DNA of 64,000 bases from an uncultured Bacilli bacterium (GCA_947598395.1 CANQFG010000003.1:4178-68177); one strand, 5' to 3'. Shown: positions 28,838-38,513, counted from the stretch's first letter. Notes: generated from the sequence alone by a model not told the origin. Numbers and translations are program-made.

Positions 28838-29410
28838 TTATTTTTTTAAATTTAAAGGACTTATCTTAAATCCCTTTACCTTATAGGCCTTCTCGGCTAA
28901 TGTTAAAATTGGTAAATCACTCATCGAATCGCTGTAGGCTTCCAAGACTTCAATCTCGGGATACTTGGCCTTTAAGCGTCGAACCTTTTCTCCGCCATGA
29001 CAATTGGGCATTTGGAAGTGCCCCGTCTTCTTATCGACGATACTGGCGATTAGATCGCGAATATTAAAGCTATCGGCAATTGGTCTTAAAAGAAATTCGG
29101 GTGATGCGGAGATGATAATGTCTTGAGCATGATCCTTATTTAGAAAAAACTCCTTAATTTTACTGCGATGTTTCAACCAAAAGCGCCTGACGAGATCATC
29201 GATATTATCAAAGTATTTTAAATAACTAAATATGGTCTCCTTCATGGCCGTCTTATCGATTATATGCAAACGATATTTTATAAAACTGCTGCCCATCTTC
29301 GGAAGCAAAAAGAGCATCTTGGGCTTCTTACGAAGGCAAAAGAGAAAAAAATCAACCGATGAATCACCATGATATATCGTATTATCAAAGTCATATAGAT
29401 TAACTTTCAT
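28838..29410 (-). CDS. HAD-superfamily (IB-like) phosphatase
   Basis: Motif I LYDFDNTIY and distal SDSMSDLP. Start set to the ATG at 29410, overlapping the upstream gene by 11 nt. Confidence 0.75.
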   Translation of the reverse strand: MKVNLYDFDNTIYHGDSSVDFFLFCLRKKPKMLFLLPKMGSSFIKYRLHIIDKTAMKETIFSYLKYFDNIDDLVRRFWLKHRSKIKEFFLNKDHAQDIIISASPEFLLRPIADSFNIRDLIASIVDKKTGHFQMPNCHGGEKVRRLKAKYPEIEVLEAYSDSMSDLPILTLAEKAYKVKGFKISPLNLKK

Positions 29411-30473
29411 CTTTTCGTCTTTTCTCCTTCTTGGGCCGATGATGTTCAAATAAGATGTCCGTTCGGAATACGAGCGTAAAGATGACAACTAAGAGTACGA
29501 GGTATATCAGCATGCTTATCTTCTTATCGCCAAGCGTATAAAATATGGATACACAGGCAAATAAGATATTGATAAAATACATGATTATTACCGCTTTGGC
29601 CGTCGATTTAGTCGATTTTAAAATTTGATGATGAAAATGTTCCTTATCGGCCGTTCCAATACTTTCGCCCTTAATAATGCGCCGACACATCGCTAAAATG
29701 GTATCTAATATCGGAATAAACAAAACTAAAAGAGGAATGATCAAAGAGGTAATCGTTGCCGTTTTAAATCCGAGCAGGGCGATGACGGAAATGATAAAAC
29801 CTAAAAACATACTTCCCGTATCCCCGATAAAAATACTGGCTGGAGCAAAATTATAAACTAAAAAGCCAAGACATGAACCAATCATAATAAGGCATAAGAT
29901 AACGTCCAAACCACCTAATTTATTCATGATGTAACCGATAGTGGCAATCGTTATGAAATAAATCGTCGAAGTTCCCGATGATAAGCCATCTAGGCCATCG
30001 GTAAAATTAATGGCATTGATGATGGCGACGATGAAGAAGACCGCCAAGGGATATGATAGATAGTTAAAATTAAAGTGAATGCCAAAGATTTGCATCTTAT
30101 CAAAGGTAATATTGCCATAGAAGACGACGATGAGAGCGGCAACAATTTGCCAAATTAATTTATATTTGACCCCAAGGGGATTGATATCATCGAGAATTCC
30201 AACGAGGACAATGACAAATCCGCCAATTAAGACCGCGAGCATCTGCGTCGTCTTAGGCGCGAATAGCATATACCCGATCAAAAAGGAAAAGAAAACGGCC
30301 AAACCTCCCATGCGCGGGATATTATGATTATGGACTTTGCGTTTATAATCAGGTCGATCGATGGCTCCAACATGGAAAGCCATCTTTTTGACGATTGGCG
30401 TTAGGATAACGGACGATAAAAAGGTTATCAAAACGATTAAAAAGACATTATAGCCATTGATATATAGGTTCAC
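29400..30473 (-). CDS. Polyprenyl-phosphate N-acetylhexosamine-1-phosphate transferase (GT4 MraY/WecA/TagO family)
   Basis: IDRPDYKRKVHNHNIPRMGG, NFTDGLDGL and GDTGSMFLG motifs, with about 10 TM helices. GTG start after AAGGTGA. Confidence 0.85.
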   Translation of the reverse strand: MNLYINGYNVFLIVLITFLSSVILTPIVKKMAFHVGAIDRPDYKRKVHNHNIPRMGGLAVFFSFLIGYMLFAPKTTQMLAVLIGGFVIVLVGILDDINPLGVKYKLIWQIVAALIVVFYGNITFDKMQIFGIHFNFNYLSYPLAVFFIVAIINAINFTDGLDGLSSGTSTIYFITIATIGYIMNKLGGLDVILCLIMIGSCLGFLVYNFAPASIFIGDTGSMFLGFIISVIALLGFKTATITSLIIPLLVLFIPILDTILAMCRRIIKGESIGTADKEHFHHQILKSTKSTAKAVIIMYFINILFACVSIFYTLGDKKISMLIYLVLLVVIFTLVFRTDILFEHHRPKKEKRRKDES

Positions 30474-30593
30474 TCTATCACCTTCTTATAAAAATTATAC
30501 ACCATCTACTTTTATTTTACAAAATATAACAAAATAAATGCTCTAAATTGAATATATTAGCTTTACAAAAGGCGAATATTGATGAGAATAAAA

Positions 30594-30620
30594 TAAAAAA
30601 ACTCGTTAGAACGAGATTTT
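30594..30620 (-). terminator. Rho-independent terminator after tRNA-Glu
   Basis: Minus strand reads CTCGT-tcta-ACGAG followed by TTTTTTT. Confidence 0.6.
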
Positions 30621-30633
30621 AAATAACTAAAAA

Positions 30634-30710
30634 TGGTGACCTGTATGGGATTCGGACCCATGTATGTAACCTTGAGAGGGTTATGTGTTCAACCACTTCA
30701 CCAACAGGCC
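30634..30710 (-). tRNA. tRNA-Glu (anticodon CUC), CCA-encoded, with an atypical T-loop (UCCGAAU)
   Basis: Hand-folded cloverleaf. Acceptor stem GGCCTGT/ACAGGTC with the G2-U71 pair also seen in the B. subtilis tRNA-Glu sequence as I recall it. D stem GTG/CAC with a GG in the loop. Anticodon stem TAACC/GGTTA with loop CTCTCAA. T stem ATGGG/CCCAT. Discriminator A plus CCA. Confidence 0.85.
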
Positions 30711-30730
30711 AATGTCAAATGACATTTAAA

Positions 30731-30759
30731 ATTTTAGCATATGTTTAACATATTTACAA
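30731..30759 (-). promoter_or_regulatory. Sigma-A-type promoter candidate for tRNA-Glu
   Basis: Minus strand reads TTGTAA, 17 nt, then TAAAAT, ending ~20 nt before the tRNA 5' end. Confidence 0.5.
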
Positions 30760-30783
30760 CCAGTTTTTAGCATATTGCCAATT

Positions 30784-32316
30784 TTATAAATCATTAAAAG
30801 TATTAACTTCTTTATTGGCAAGAGGTGCCTCATTTATTATTAAACTCGTCGTCGTAAGCAACATTCCCGCAATCGAGATGGCGTTTAAAAAGGCCGATTC
30901 TTGAACCTTTAAGGAATCGATTACCATGGTATCATCGACTTTTTCATAACAATTATTTTGAATATTATAAAGCTTTTTAAAGTTTGCTTTTTCCATTTCG
31001 GCAACAATATCCCGATAATCGAGGCCCGCATTAATCATAATTTGCTTTAGAGGTTCTTTTAAGGCATGGGTAATTACAGTCTTGCCGATAGAATCGTCCT
31101 CCATTTTTAAGGCAATATCATAAAAACTTATTCCACCACCAGGCATAACGCCTTCACGAGATGAAGAAAGAGCACATAGAGCATCATCAAAGCGCATCTT
31201 CATCTCCCGACGTTCCGTCTTCGTCTTAGCACCGACTTCGATGGTAATGATGCCCGTTGAAAGTCCGGCAATGCGCCGGCCTAATTGCTCATCTTCTTCA
31301 AAATCTTTATCCAAGTTTTCCTTTAAAGAGGCCACATAAGAGGTTATCTTTGAATTTTCATTAAACTGAAGTTCGGTAACATCATTTTTAATAAGGCATT
31401 TTTCGACATGACCGATGCTAAGCGCCATATCAAGTTCCGTCATATCGCCAATCACGGATAAATCGCTGATAAAAGATAATTTTTCTTTGCTATAGCCCGG
31501 CAAAGATAAGGGAATTACCGGAATATCATCGCTTAAATACCACGATAGAAGCTGATTGATAACCGCCTCATCAAAGCCATCGGCGAATATTATAAAGGGT
31601 TTTCTTTGCTCCAACAGCTCATTTAATAAACTGGCAATATTTTCTAAACCAGATAAATAATTTTTATAAATAATTACGGCAGGATTTGATAATTCAATAC
31701 TATTTTTTCCCTTAAAAAAGTAATTTGATGGCATAATTGTATCGAAGACATAGCCCTTTTGATAGATGACATTTGTCTTTTCGATATCCTTATCGACGAC
31801 ATTTATCGCAGCAGAAGAAGCGACTTTTAGATAGGCTGAACTAACGATGGACCCAATTTCTTCCGATGATGCAGCAATCGTCGCGATCTTTTTTAGTTCG
31901 CGTTCCCTCGGTTTAAAGGCGTATTTTTTTACCATTTCGACAACTTTGGGTGCGACTGATTCGAGTTCCTGTTTGATGGTTATGGGATTTATTCCCTTGT
32001 TCACAAATTCCAAGCCATAGTTATATAAACCTTGCAACAATACCAGAGTCGTCGTCGTTCCATCGCCCACAATCATTTGGGTACTAATAGAAGCTTCTTT
32101 AGCCAATTCGAGAATCGTATTGATAACCGGATCATCGCTCACGATATTTTCGGCAATCGTCACACCATCATTTGTAATATAGGGCGTTAAAAGCGAGTGA
32201 TCGATTATAACATTACTTCCCTTGGGTCCAAGCGTCGTCTTCACAGTATCGCAAAGCAGATTGATGGCCTCGACCATCTTTGCTTGAAGCTCTTCTCCTT
32301 TGACAATTTTTTTCAT
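30784..32316 (-). CDS. Divergent Cpn60/GroEL-family chaperonin paralog (no adjacent groES, no GGM tail)
   Basis: TLGPKGSNVI, ITNDGVTIAENI, VGDGTTTTLVL, RFDDAL and EGVMPGGG align with the GroEL equatorial ATP-site motifs. 510 aa. The ATG overlaps the upstream stop codon (ATGA). Confidence 0.85.
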   Translation of the reverse strand: MKKIVKGEELQAKMVEAINLLCDTVKTTLGPKGSNVIIDHSLLTPYITNDGVTIAENIVSDDPVINTILELAKEASISTQMIVGDGTTTTLVLLQGLYNYGLEFVNKGINPITIKQELESVAPKVVEMVKKYAFKPRERELKKIATIAASSEEIGSIVSSAYLKVASSAAINVVDKDIEKTNVIYQKGYVFDTIMPSNYFFKGKNSIELSNPAVIIYKNYLSGLENIASLLNELLEQRKPFIIFADGFDEAVINQLLSWYLSDDIPVIPLSLPGYSKEKLSFISDLSVIGDMTELDMALSIGHVEKCLIKNDVTELQFNENSKITSYVASLKENLDKDFEEDEQLGRRIAGLSTGIITIEVGAKTKTERREMKMRFDDALCALSSSREGVMPGGGISFYDIALKMEDDSIGKTVITHALKEPLKQIMINAGLDYRDIVAEMEKANFKKLYNIQNNCYEKVDDTMVIDSLKVQESAFLNAISIAGMLLTTTSLIINEAPLANKEVNTFNDL

Positions 32317-33065
32317 AGTTCATCCTTCACCTCCAAAATGTATTGCCAATACTTCTTAGGCATAAAATTACGTCGACAACGGCTATTGGCCCGTTCCTTG
32401 ATGCCAATCGTTTGATAAAATCTTAACCACAACTTTTGATAATCGCGTTCTTCCAGGCTCTCATTAAGGGGAAAAAGATCAAAACTATCGGCATTGACAA
32501 TATAAAAATTCTTTTTATCATATACACTTATTATTTGCCGTTTGGTATCTTTTATAATCCAAAATTCTTGACTTAACCGGCGCTTAAAATGCTTGGATAA
32601 CAAACCAATAATGTTATTGACGGGAGCCATTTCGGCATATAAGACATGATTTTCCAATTCTTTAAAGCGCAGAAAGCCCTTTAATTTATGATTTTCCCGA
32701 CTGACATATTGACTAATTTTTAAAACTTCATGGACACTAGTTAAATTGCGCATGACATAGATATCATGTCCATATGTGAGGTAATGGGCAAGGAAATAAT
32801 AGATTAGCAATTCCTTATATTCATGTTCCGATAAAAAACAATAATATATCGTCGTAAAGACCTGTTTGCCGAAGACCTTTATCATCTGTTGCATCGTCGC
32901 ATCGAGGTTCTTAACCTCGAGTAATACCGTCTCATCGAAGAGATCAAAATCCGCCGTATCCGGCTTGATGTTTTGGGGAACAATATGATTTTTTAATAGC
33001 ATATCGATAAGTCCCAATAAGGGTAAAAATTCGCCATTATATAAATAGGTATATCTTTTCTTCAT
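32313..33065 (-). CDS. DUF4130 / TIGR03915-like putative DNA-metabolism protein (partner of the radical SAM protein)
   Basis: 250 aa. The C-terminal WLRFYQTIGIKERANSRCRRNFMPKKYW pattern and the obligatory pairing with the upstream radical SAM gene fit TIGR03915. Assignment is from memory of the family, not a search. Confidence 0.7.
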   Translation of the reverse strand: MKKRYTYLYNGEFLPLLGLIDMLLKNHIVPQNIKPDTADFDLFDETVLLEVKNLDATMQQMIKVFGKQVFTTIYYCFLSEHEYKELLIYYFLAHYLTYGHDIYVMRNLTSVHEVLKISQYVSRENHKLKGFLRFKELENHVLYAEMAPVNNIIGLLSKHFKRRLSQEFWIIKDTKRQIISVYDKKNFYIVNADSFDLFPLNESLEERDYQKLWLRFYQTIGIKERANSRCRRNFMPKKYWQYILEVKDEL

Positions 33066-33066
33066 C

Positions 33067-34275
33067 TTAAAATAACGACAACTGTTCCCGCTTTTCCTCG
33101 AAAGTGACAGTATCCTCCAATATCAAATTTTGCTCGATAAAATGGGACGTAAAATGCATCATATCCGTAAAATATTTATGATCACATGTAATAAAATATT
33201 TGGCTCTCTTGAGGACGACGCCCATCTTCTTTAAATCCGACATTTGTAGCGTAAATTTTTTTCGTGCAGCCATTATCCGCTTCGCCGATGTGACACCAAT
33301 GCCCGGAATTCTTAAAAGTTCGCGATAAGAGCAGGTATTTATCTCCTTTGGAAACTCATGCAAATTGCGCAAGGCCCATTCCGCTTTGGGATCGATCAAT
33401 AAGTTAAAATTAGGCCGATCGGGATTTAAGATTTCTCGAACATTAAAATGATAATACCGCATGAGCCAATCGGCTTGATAGAGGCGATTTTCCCGCTTTA
33501 AGGGCGGAACTTTGATGCTCGGCAAGAGCTTGTCCTGATTAACGGGAATATATGCCGAATAGAAAACGCGCTTCAATTTATAGTTGTCATACATGTTCGC
33601 ACTGCGATTTAAAATATCCCAATCACTTTCATTGGTCGCACCGACGATCATTTGGGTACTTTGCCCCGCAGGCACATACTTACGACTGCGATTATCCTTG
33701 ACATATTGCATGATCTTTGTGACATTTTGACTCTCTTTATTGGGCGCAAGGAGCTTCAAGCCTCCTTCCGTCGGCAACTCGATATTCGCACTCATGCGAT
33801 CGGCCAATCCGCCAAGGCGTTTTAATAAACTCTCGCTCGCTCCGGGAATCGCCTTGACGTGAATGTATCCGCCAAAGTGATATTTATGGCGCAGAAGTTC
33901 AAGCGTTTCAATCAGTAGATTCATCGTATAATCCGGACTCTTAATTATTCCCGAACTTAAAAATAATCCCTCGATGTAATTGCGTCGATAGAAATTAAGC
34001 GTAATCTCGGCTACTTCCTCTGGCGTAAAAAGGGCCCGTTTGACATCGTTACTGCGGCGATTCAAACAGTATTTGCAATCATAAATACAGCAGTTGGTCA
34101 TGAGGATTTTTAATAAGGATATACAGCGTCCATCGCTGGCAAAAGAATGACAAATTCCCGAAAAAGAAGTATTTCCAATCGTCCCCTTCCCGACACCCGT
34201 ACTTCCACTCGATGAACACGAGGCATCGTACTTGGCACTATCGGCTAAGATTGTAAGTTTTTCCATGAGTTCCAT
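33067..34275 (-). CDS. Putative DNA modification/repair radical SAM protein (TIGR03916-like) with C-terminal helix-hairpin-helix
   Basis: N-terminal AKYDASCSSSGS, radical SAM CxxxCxxC (CIYDCKYC) and HhH LLRIPGIGVTSAKRI. Start set to the ATG at 34275 after AGGTGA. Confidence 0.85.
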   Translation of the reverse strand: MELMEKLTILADSAKYDASCSSSGSTGVGKGTIGNTSFSGICHSFASDGRCISLLKILMTNCCIYDCKYCLNRRSNDVKRALFTPEEVAEITLNFYRRNYIEGLFLSSGIIKSPDYTMNLLIETLELLRHKYHFGGYIHVKAIPGASESLLKRLGGLADRMSANIELPTEGGLKLLAPNKESQNVTKIMQYVKDNRSRKYVPAGQSTQMIVGATNESDWDILNRSANMYDNYKLKRVFYSAYIPVNQDKLLPSIKVPPLKRENRLYQADWLMRYYHFNVREILNPDRPNFNLLIDPKAEWALRNLHEFPKEINTCSYRELLRIPGIGVTSAKRIMAARKKFTLQMSDLKKMGVVLKRAKYFITCDHKYFTDMMHFTSHFIEQNLILEDTVTFEEKREQLSLF

Positions 34276-34356
34276 TCGCATCACCTAAATCAATTATAGC
34301 GCATCTCAAAGAAAAAGTAAACATTTGTTCGATATAAAGGTGTAAAAAAACATCGC

Positions 34357-35580
34357 CTATGATTGACGACGTCTTTTCTTAACTTTATGCTTTTTCAAGA
34401 TGATTCTCATAATGATTAAAAGGATAACGATGCCAATAATGAATGGTCCCTTATAATAAAGAAAGAGTTTTGGGACAGATACTTTAAAATCGCGATCCAA
34501 GATGACATCGGTCGTATAAATTTCAGTATCGTCATGATAAAAATGAATTTTGCCAATTACGTCGCCCCGATGATCGAAAAAGCTCAATTGTTCGCGACCA
34601 ACATATTCCATATGATAACGACTTTTATCATAATCTACCGGCAAATAATCCGTTATATCTTCGGGTACTACCACTTCATATGCCGTTTCATGCGAGTTGA
34701 TGATGGGAATGTTTATAACTGGTGAATTTTTAGCAAAAATCGTGACATTTTGATAATTATTATCCATAAACTTTGTCAAATTAATGGCATCGATCAAATT
34801 ATAATATTGCGAATTTTGAGCCGCTGGAGCATTTAAAGTAATGATGATTATCTCGTGATTATTGCTAGTAATCAAGGAGGCCATACATAACCCCGCATCA
34901 TCCGTAAATCCCGTCTTCGAACCGAGGATACGACTGACATCGAGATGCATATTGCGGTTATATAAATTCAAAGTCGAACGCACGGTCAAGCCATTGGTTA
35001 AAGTATATTCCTTAGTCGTAAATACTTGGCGAAATGTCGGATTCTTTAAGGCATATTTTAATAATTTCAATAAATCGTCAGCTGTACTATAATGATTTGG
35101 AATATCTAGGCCCGTCGTATTGACGAAATGCGAATTCTCCATACCAATTTCGGACGCTAAAGAATTCATCTTGGCGACAAAATTGGCAATTCCCCCACTC
35201 GTCTCATAAGCAAGCGCTTGCGTAGCATCCGCACCCGATGGCAAAATCGAAGCATAGAGTAAGTCACCCGTCGTTACGATATCCCCCACTTTAAGTCCTG
35301 CCCGCGAGGCATCCCACACGATATTGGCAAGCATCTCATCCGTAATCGTCACTTTTTTAGTCAAAGATTCGAGATTATTAATGGCCGTAATCGTCGTCAT
35401 TATCTTCGTAAGACTCGCAATATTCGTCTTCGCATCGGCACCCTTGGCAAATAACACTTCCTCATCTGTCAAATCATAAATTAACACCTTTGAAGAATAC
35501 GTCGTTGGCAATTCTAAAGAATATACCATCAAAGGCATAAAAAGAACTATACATAGTAAAACATATCTTAAATATTTCAT
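34357..35580 (-). CDS. D-alanyl-D-alanine carboxypeptidase (S11, PBP5/DacA-like) with a C-terminal membrane anchor
   Basis: Signal peptide, SxxK (ASLTKIM), SxN-like LPSGAD and KTG (GSKTGFT). C-terminal TM helix followed by a basic tail. Confidence 0.88.
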   Translation of the reverse strand: MKYLRYVLLCIVLFMPLMVYSLELPTTYSSKVLIYDLTDEEVLFAKGADAKTNIASLTKIMTTITAINNLESLTKKVTITDEMLANIVWDASRAGLKVGDIVTTGDLLYASILPSGADATQALAYETSGGIANFVAKMNSLASEIGMENSHFVNTTGLDIPNHYSTADDLLKLLKYALKNPTFRQVFTTKEYTLTNGLTVRSTLNLYNRNMHLDVSRILGSKTGFTDDAGLCMASLITSNNHEIIIITLNAPAAQNSQYYNLIDAINLTKFMDNNYQNVTIFAKNSPVINIPIINSHETAYEVVVPEDITDYLPVDYDKSRYHMEYVGREQLSFFDHRGDVIGKIHFYHDDTEIYTTDVILDRDFKVSVPKLFLYYKGPFIIGIVILLIIMRIILKKHKVKKRRRQS

Positions 35581-35598
35581 TTAATACTTCCTCAAATT

Positions 35599-35895
35599 TT
35601 AAAGTCCTAAGATAATCAAATCCTCAAGAGAATCGCGAACAATATTGACAAATATCCGCGGTTCTATTTGATCGACAAAGGAGGCAATATTTTCCTTAGA
35701 CGTAATAATCAAATCCGGTCTTTGCCGAATAATATTGGCAATTTCTTCACGTAATCCCAAAGAATTATAATAGTTTAAAACCTCTCTAATCTTAACTTCA
35801 TATAACCCCATGAGTTCGATATATTCCATCTTAAGTTCATGCATCAAATTGGCATAATCGGCATCCGTTACGCCATATTCTTTAATATATTCAAT
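35599..35895 (-). CDS. Small helical-repeat protein (98 aa), third gene of an unknown operon
   Basis: Start MIEYIK... at 35895 overlaps the upstream stop (ATGATTGA). Contains LGLREEIANIIRQRPDLIITSKENIASFVDQI, an mTERF-like repeat pattern. Confidence 0.55.
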   Translation of the reverse strand: MEYIKEYGVTDADYANLMHELKMEYIELMGLYEVKIREVLNYYNSLGLREEIANIIRQRPDLIITSKENIASFVDQIEPRIFVNIVRDSLEDLIILGL

Positions 35896-37270
35896 CATTG
35901 ATATCACCCCAAATAGGCCGTTCCAATTTAGCATTTTGATAAATGACGCCAATAAGCAATTTAGTATAATCGATATAATCTTGGTCCTTAGACATCTTTT
36001 TGATAAGCGGCAATTTTTCATTTAAATGCACGCATTTTAACAAGGCATAATTTTGCACAATATCTTCAAAATAAAGGCCAACATCGACGCCATTTTCCCT
36101 TAAGACATCGATATTATCGATCAATAATTCGGGATTTAAAAGTAAGGATTTATAGCATTTATTGACGATTTGAACTTTATTGGCACCATACATCTCGAGA
36201 TAATGAAGCGTATAATTGATGATATCACTATTGGAGATGAGGAAAAGGGGATTTTTCTTGATGAGGGAACGATAATTAACTTTGAGTTTTTTAAGTAAAG
36301 ATATATTGGTAATATAATCTTTAAATTTTGGATGAAAATAGCCATTTTCTTTTTCGAGAATACATGTTCCAACATTGTTAAGAAGCATCTTTAGACTCGG
36401 AATATCGACGGCCCCATTTGAAAGCCGCAGACTATCGACGACACCCCTAATCGAATCCGGCGTTGCATATAATAGAATAGCGATTTTAAAGAGATAATTT
36501 TCGCGATTGATCAAATGCAAGATGCCATAATCTTCCGCTTTATTGCGCCGTATTAAATCATAGAGATTTGTAATTCCTTCGACATTAGCTTTGCGCAATT
36601 CCGTAATAATATAACTCGGTAATTCGCGATAATTAACATTGAACTTATCGATAATTTCGCGTATCCGTTTATTGACCGTTTGCCGATGCGTATAACTTAT
36701 CTCGATATCTTCCTCACTGTTTTGATTAGCTACCCGTAAAATAAAGATATTATGATCATTGATATATTGCATGATCTTGAGCATATTAATATCAAATTCT
36801 TGGGGATTATAATCGCGAACAATTTTTTCGATATACGAAAATTCCGTAATAACTTCCGAAGTCATAATCTTATGATACAATTTTTGACAATTATAATATT
36901 CGCTTTCGACATCGACTAAATCGGGATTTGTAGCATCGAGCATATCTTTAAAAATTGTTAAAAAGTTTTTAACGATATTAGCAAATTTGTTCGATAATTT
37001 GACATTCAAATGATATTGTTTTTTGCCGATAAATAAGTCGCGAATATGCTTAATATCCTCTTCTTTGATTCTTTGTTTTAAATCATAACTGAGAATATAA
37101 TTAATTAAAGCATCGGAAAAAGAAGCTAGTTCATCATAGGAATTTAGCAGTTTATTATAGAGTACAACTAAATTGATATCGTCGAAATAAAGTGCCTTTT
37201 TATCAAGATTATCGAGATAGTGCAACTTGGCATCGATTATTTCGATAAATAATTCTTTCCCCTCATTCAT
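35891..37270 (-). CDS. All-helical repeat protein (459 aa), mTERF-like repeats in the C-terminal half; function unknown
   Basis: ORF with a GGAG RBS. Repeats include IKKNPLFLISNSDIINYTLHYLEMYG and NKCYKSLLLNPELLIDNIDVLRENGVD. Confidence 0.6.
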   Translation of the reverse strand: MNEGKELFIEIIDAKLHYLDNLDKKALYFDDINLVVLYNKLLNSYDELASFSDALINYILSYDLKQRIKEEDIKHIRDLFIGKKQYHLNVKLSNKFANIVKNFLTIFKDMLDATNPDLVDVESEYYNCQKLYHKIMTSEVITEFSYIEKIVRDYNPQEFDINMLKIMQYINDHNIFILRVANQNSEEDIEISYTHRQTVNKRIREIIDKFNVNYRELPSYIITELRKANVEGITNLYDLIRRNKAEDYGILHLINRENYLFKIAILLYATPDSIRGVVDSLRLSNGAVDIPSLKMLLNNVGTCILEKENGYFHPKFKDYITNISLLKKLKVNYRSLIKKNPLFLISNSDIINYTLHYLEMYGANKVQIVNKCYKSLLLNPELLIDNIDVLRENGVDVGLYFEDIVQNYALLKCVHLNEKLPLIKKMSKDQDYIDYTKLLIGVIYQNAKLERPIWGDIND

Positions 37271-37298
37271 TCTTTTTCAACTCCATTTATCGTCGTCT

Positions 37299-38489
37299 TT
37301 AATATTCTTTACTATTCTCCCGTTTGGCCATCAAATTATCATAGGCCGTCAAAAGTTCGGATATGATCTCACTCGAAAGTTTATAATCTTCGGAAAAGGA
37401 ACTTAAACTATCGGCCTTCTTAAGGGAATCCATAAGCGTCTTTAAAATGGGCAGACTCTTCAAATCGATAGCTTCATCCAAACTCGTTCCTTCGCTCATA
37501 ATTTCTTTAAGAGATAGGTCCAAATAATCATAGATATCGCGCGTTAAACCGGCTAAACTATTATCGAAGAAAGCTTGTTTTTCGCGAATTAGTTGCTCGG
37601 CCTTCTTTAATGTTTCGTTGTGAATGGGTACTAAACTCTTGAGAAGATAGTCGATATTTTCCCTATCGGGATTTTTCTTTTCCTTTAAATCATTTAAAAC
37701 GATGGAAACTAAAGTATCATAGACGAGATCATATTCCAAGCTAAAGTTAGCAGCAAAATCACAAGCTATAAAGTCAAGATGTTCGATATCGATGGGATTT
37801 TTTTTGACATATTCTTTAAGGACTTCCAATACGGGATTTTCCGGAACGAGATATTTATTCGTCTCATGATTAATTTGAAAATACATATCGATTTCCGTAC
37901 TTGGCATCTTCATATTTTCGACATTTTGATGGGCCAAATAGGCAAGAATTTGCCATTGATCTTCCTTAGAAATACCCAAAGATGATAGCAATTTATTCAA
38001 TTCGGAAAAATCTTCAAACAACGAGTTATCCTTATGTGAAAATAAGTCGATATATTTTTGATATAATCTTTGATTCTTCTCTTGCGCCAAAGCTGCGGTC
38101 GTCGTATAGTTTTCATAATCTTGGCGGTAATCTTTTAACGTATCTAACAAGCGATGAAAGAAATCTTGGACCGTCCGAACATCTTCGAGGCCCTTAGCAA
38201 CTTGGGATTTAATGACATGACGTTCATAATCGGCAAGATAATCATCTAAGGCATCTTGTTGAAAACCGATAAGCTTTAATATCCGCGCTAAATCCTTGCT
38301 ATCAAAATTCGTGACATCTTCAATTGTCAAATCCTTGATATCCTTACCTAAAGATTTCCTAATAATATCGGCAACTTGCTCATAATTGGCAGTTGCTTCG
38401 CGAGGTGGCATCGTAATATTTAAAATTTCCATACGTTTATTTAATTCATCGAGTAAATTATTAATAGATTCATTAAATCTATTGGCCAT
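37299..38489 (-). CDS. All-helical protein (396 aa), first gene of the unknown operon
   Basis: ORF with a GGGAGG RBS. Recurrent L..LG.s.ed motifs (LARILKLIGFQQDAL, LNKLLSSLGISKEDQ). No signal peptide or TM helix. Confidence 0.6.
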   Translation of the reverse strand: MANRFNESINNLLDELNKRMEILNITMPPREATANYEQVADIIRKSLGKDIKDLTIEDVTNFDSKDLARILKLIGFQQDALDDYLADYERHVIKSQVAKGLEDVRTVQDFFHRLLDTLKDYRQDYENYTTTAALAQEKNQRLYQKYIDLFSHKDNSLFEDFSELNKLLSSLGISKEDQWQILAYLAHQNVENMKMPSTEIDMYFQINHETNKYLVPENPVLEVLKEYVKKNPIDIEHLDFIACDFAANFSLEYDLVYDTLVSIVLNDLKEKKNPDRENIDYLLKSLVPIHNETLKKAEQLIREKQAFFDNSLAGLTRDIYDYLDLSLKEIMSEGTSLDEAIDLKSLPILKTLMDSLKKADSLSSFSEDYKLSSEIISELLTAYDNLMAKRENSKEY

Positions 38490-38513
38490 ATTACTACCTC
38501 CCTATCATAATTA

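Noticed and set aside
30712-30725. Perfect palindrome ATGTCAaaTGACAT between the tRNA-Glu promoter and the tRNA 5' end
   Set aside because: It could be an operator or a processing hairpin. A 6-bp inverted repeat in AT-rich DNA is not significant on its own, and I see no second copy in the window.
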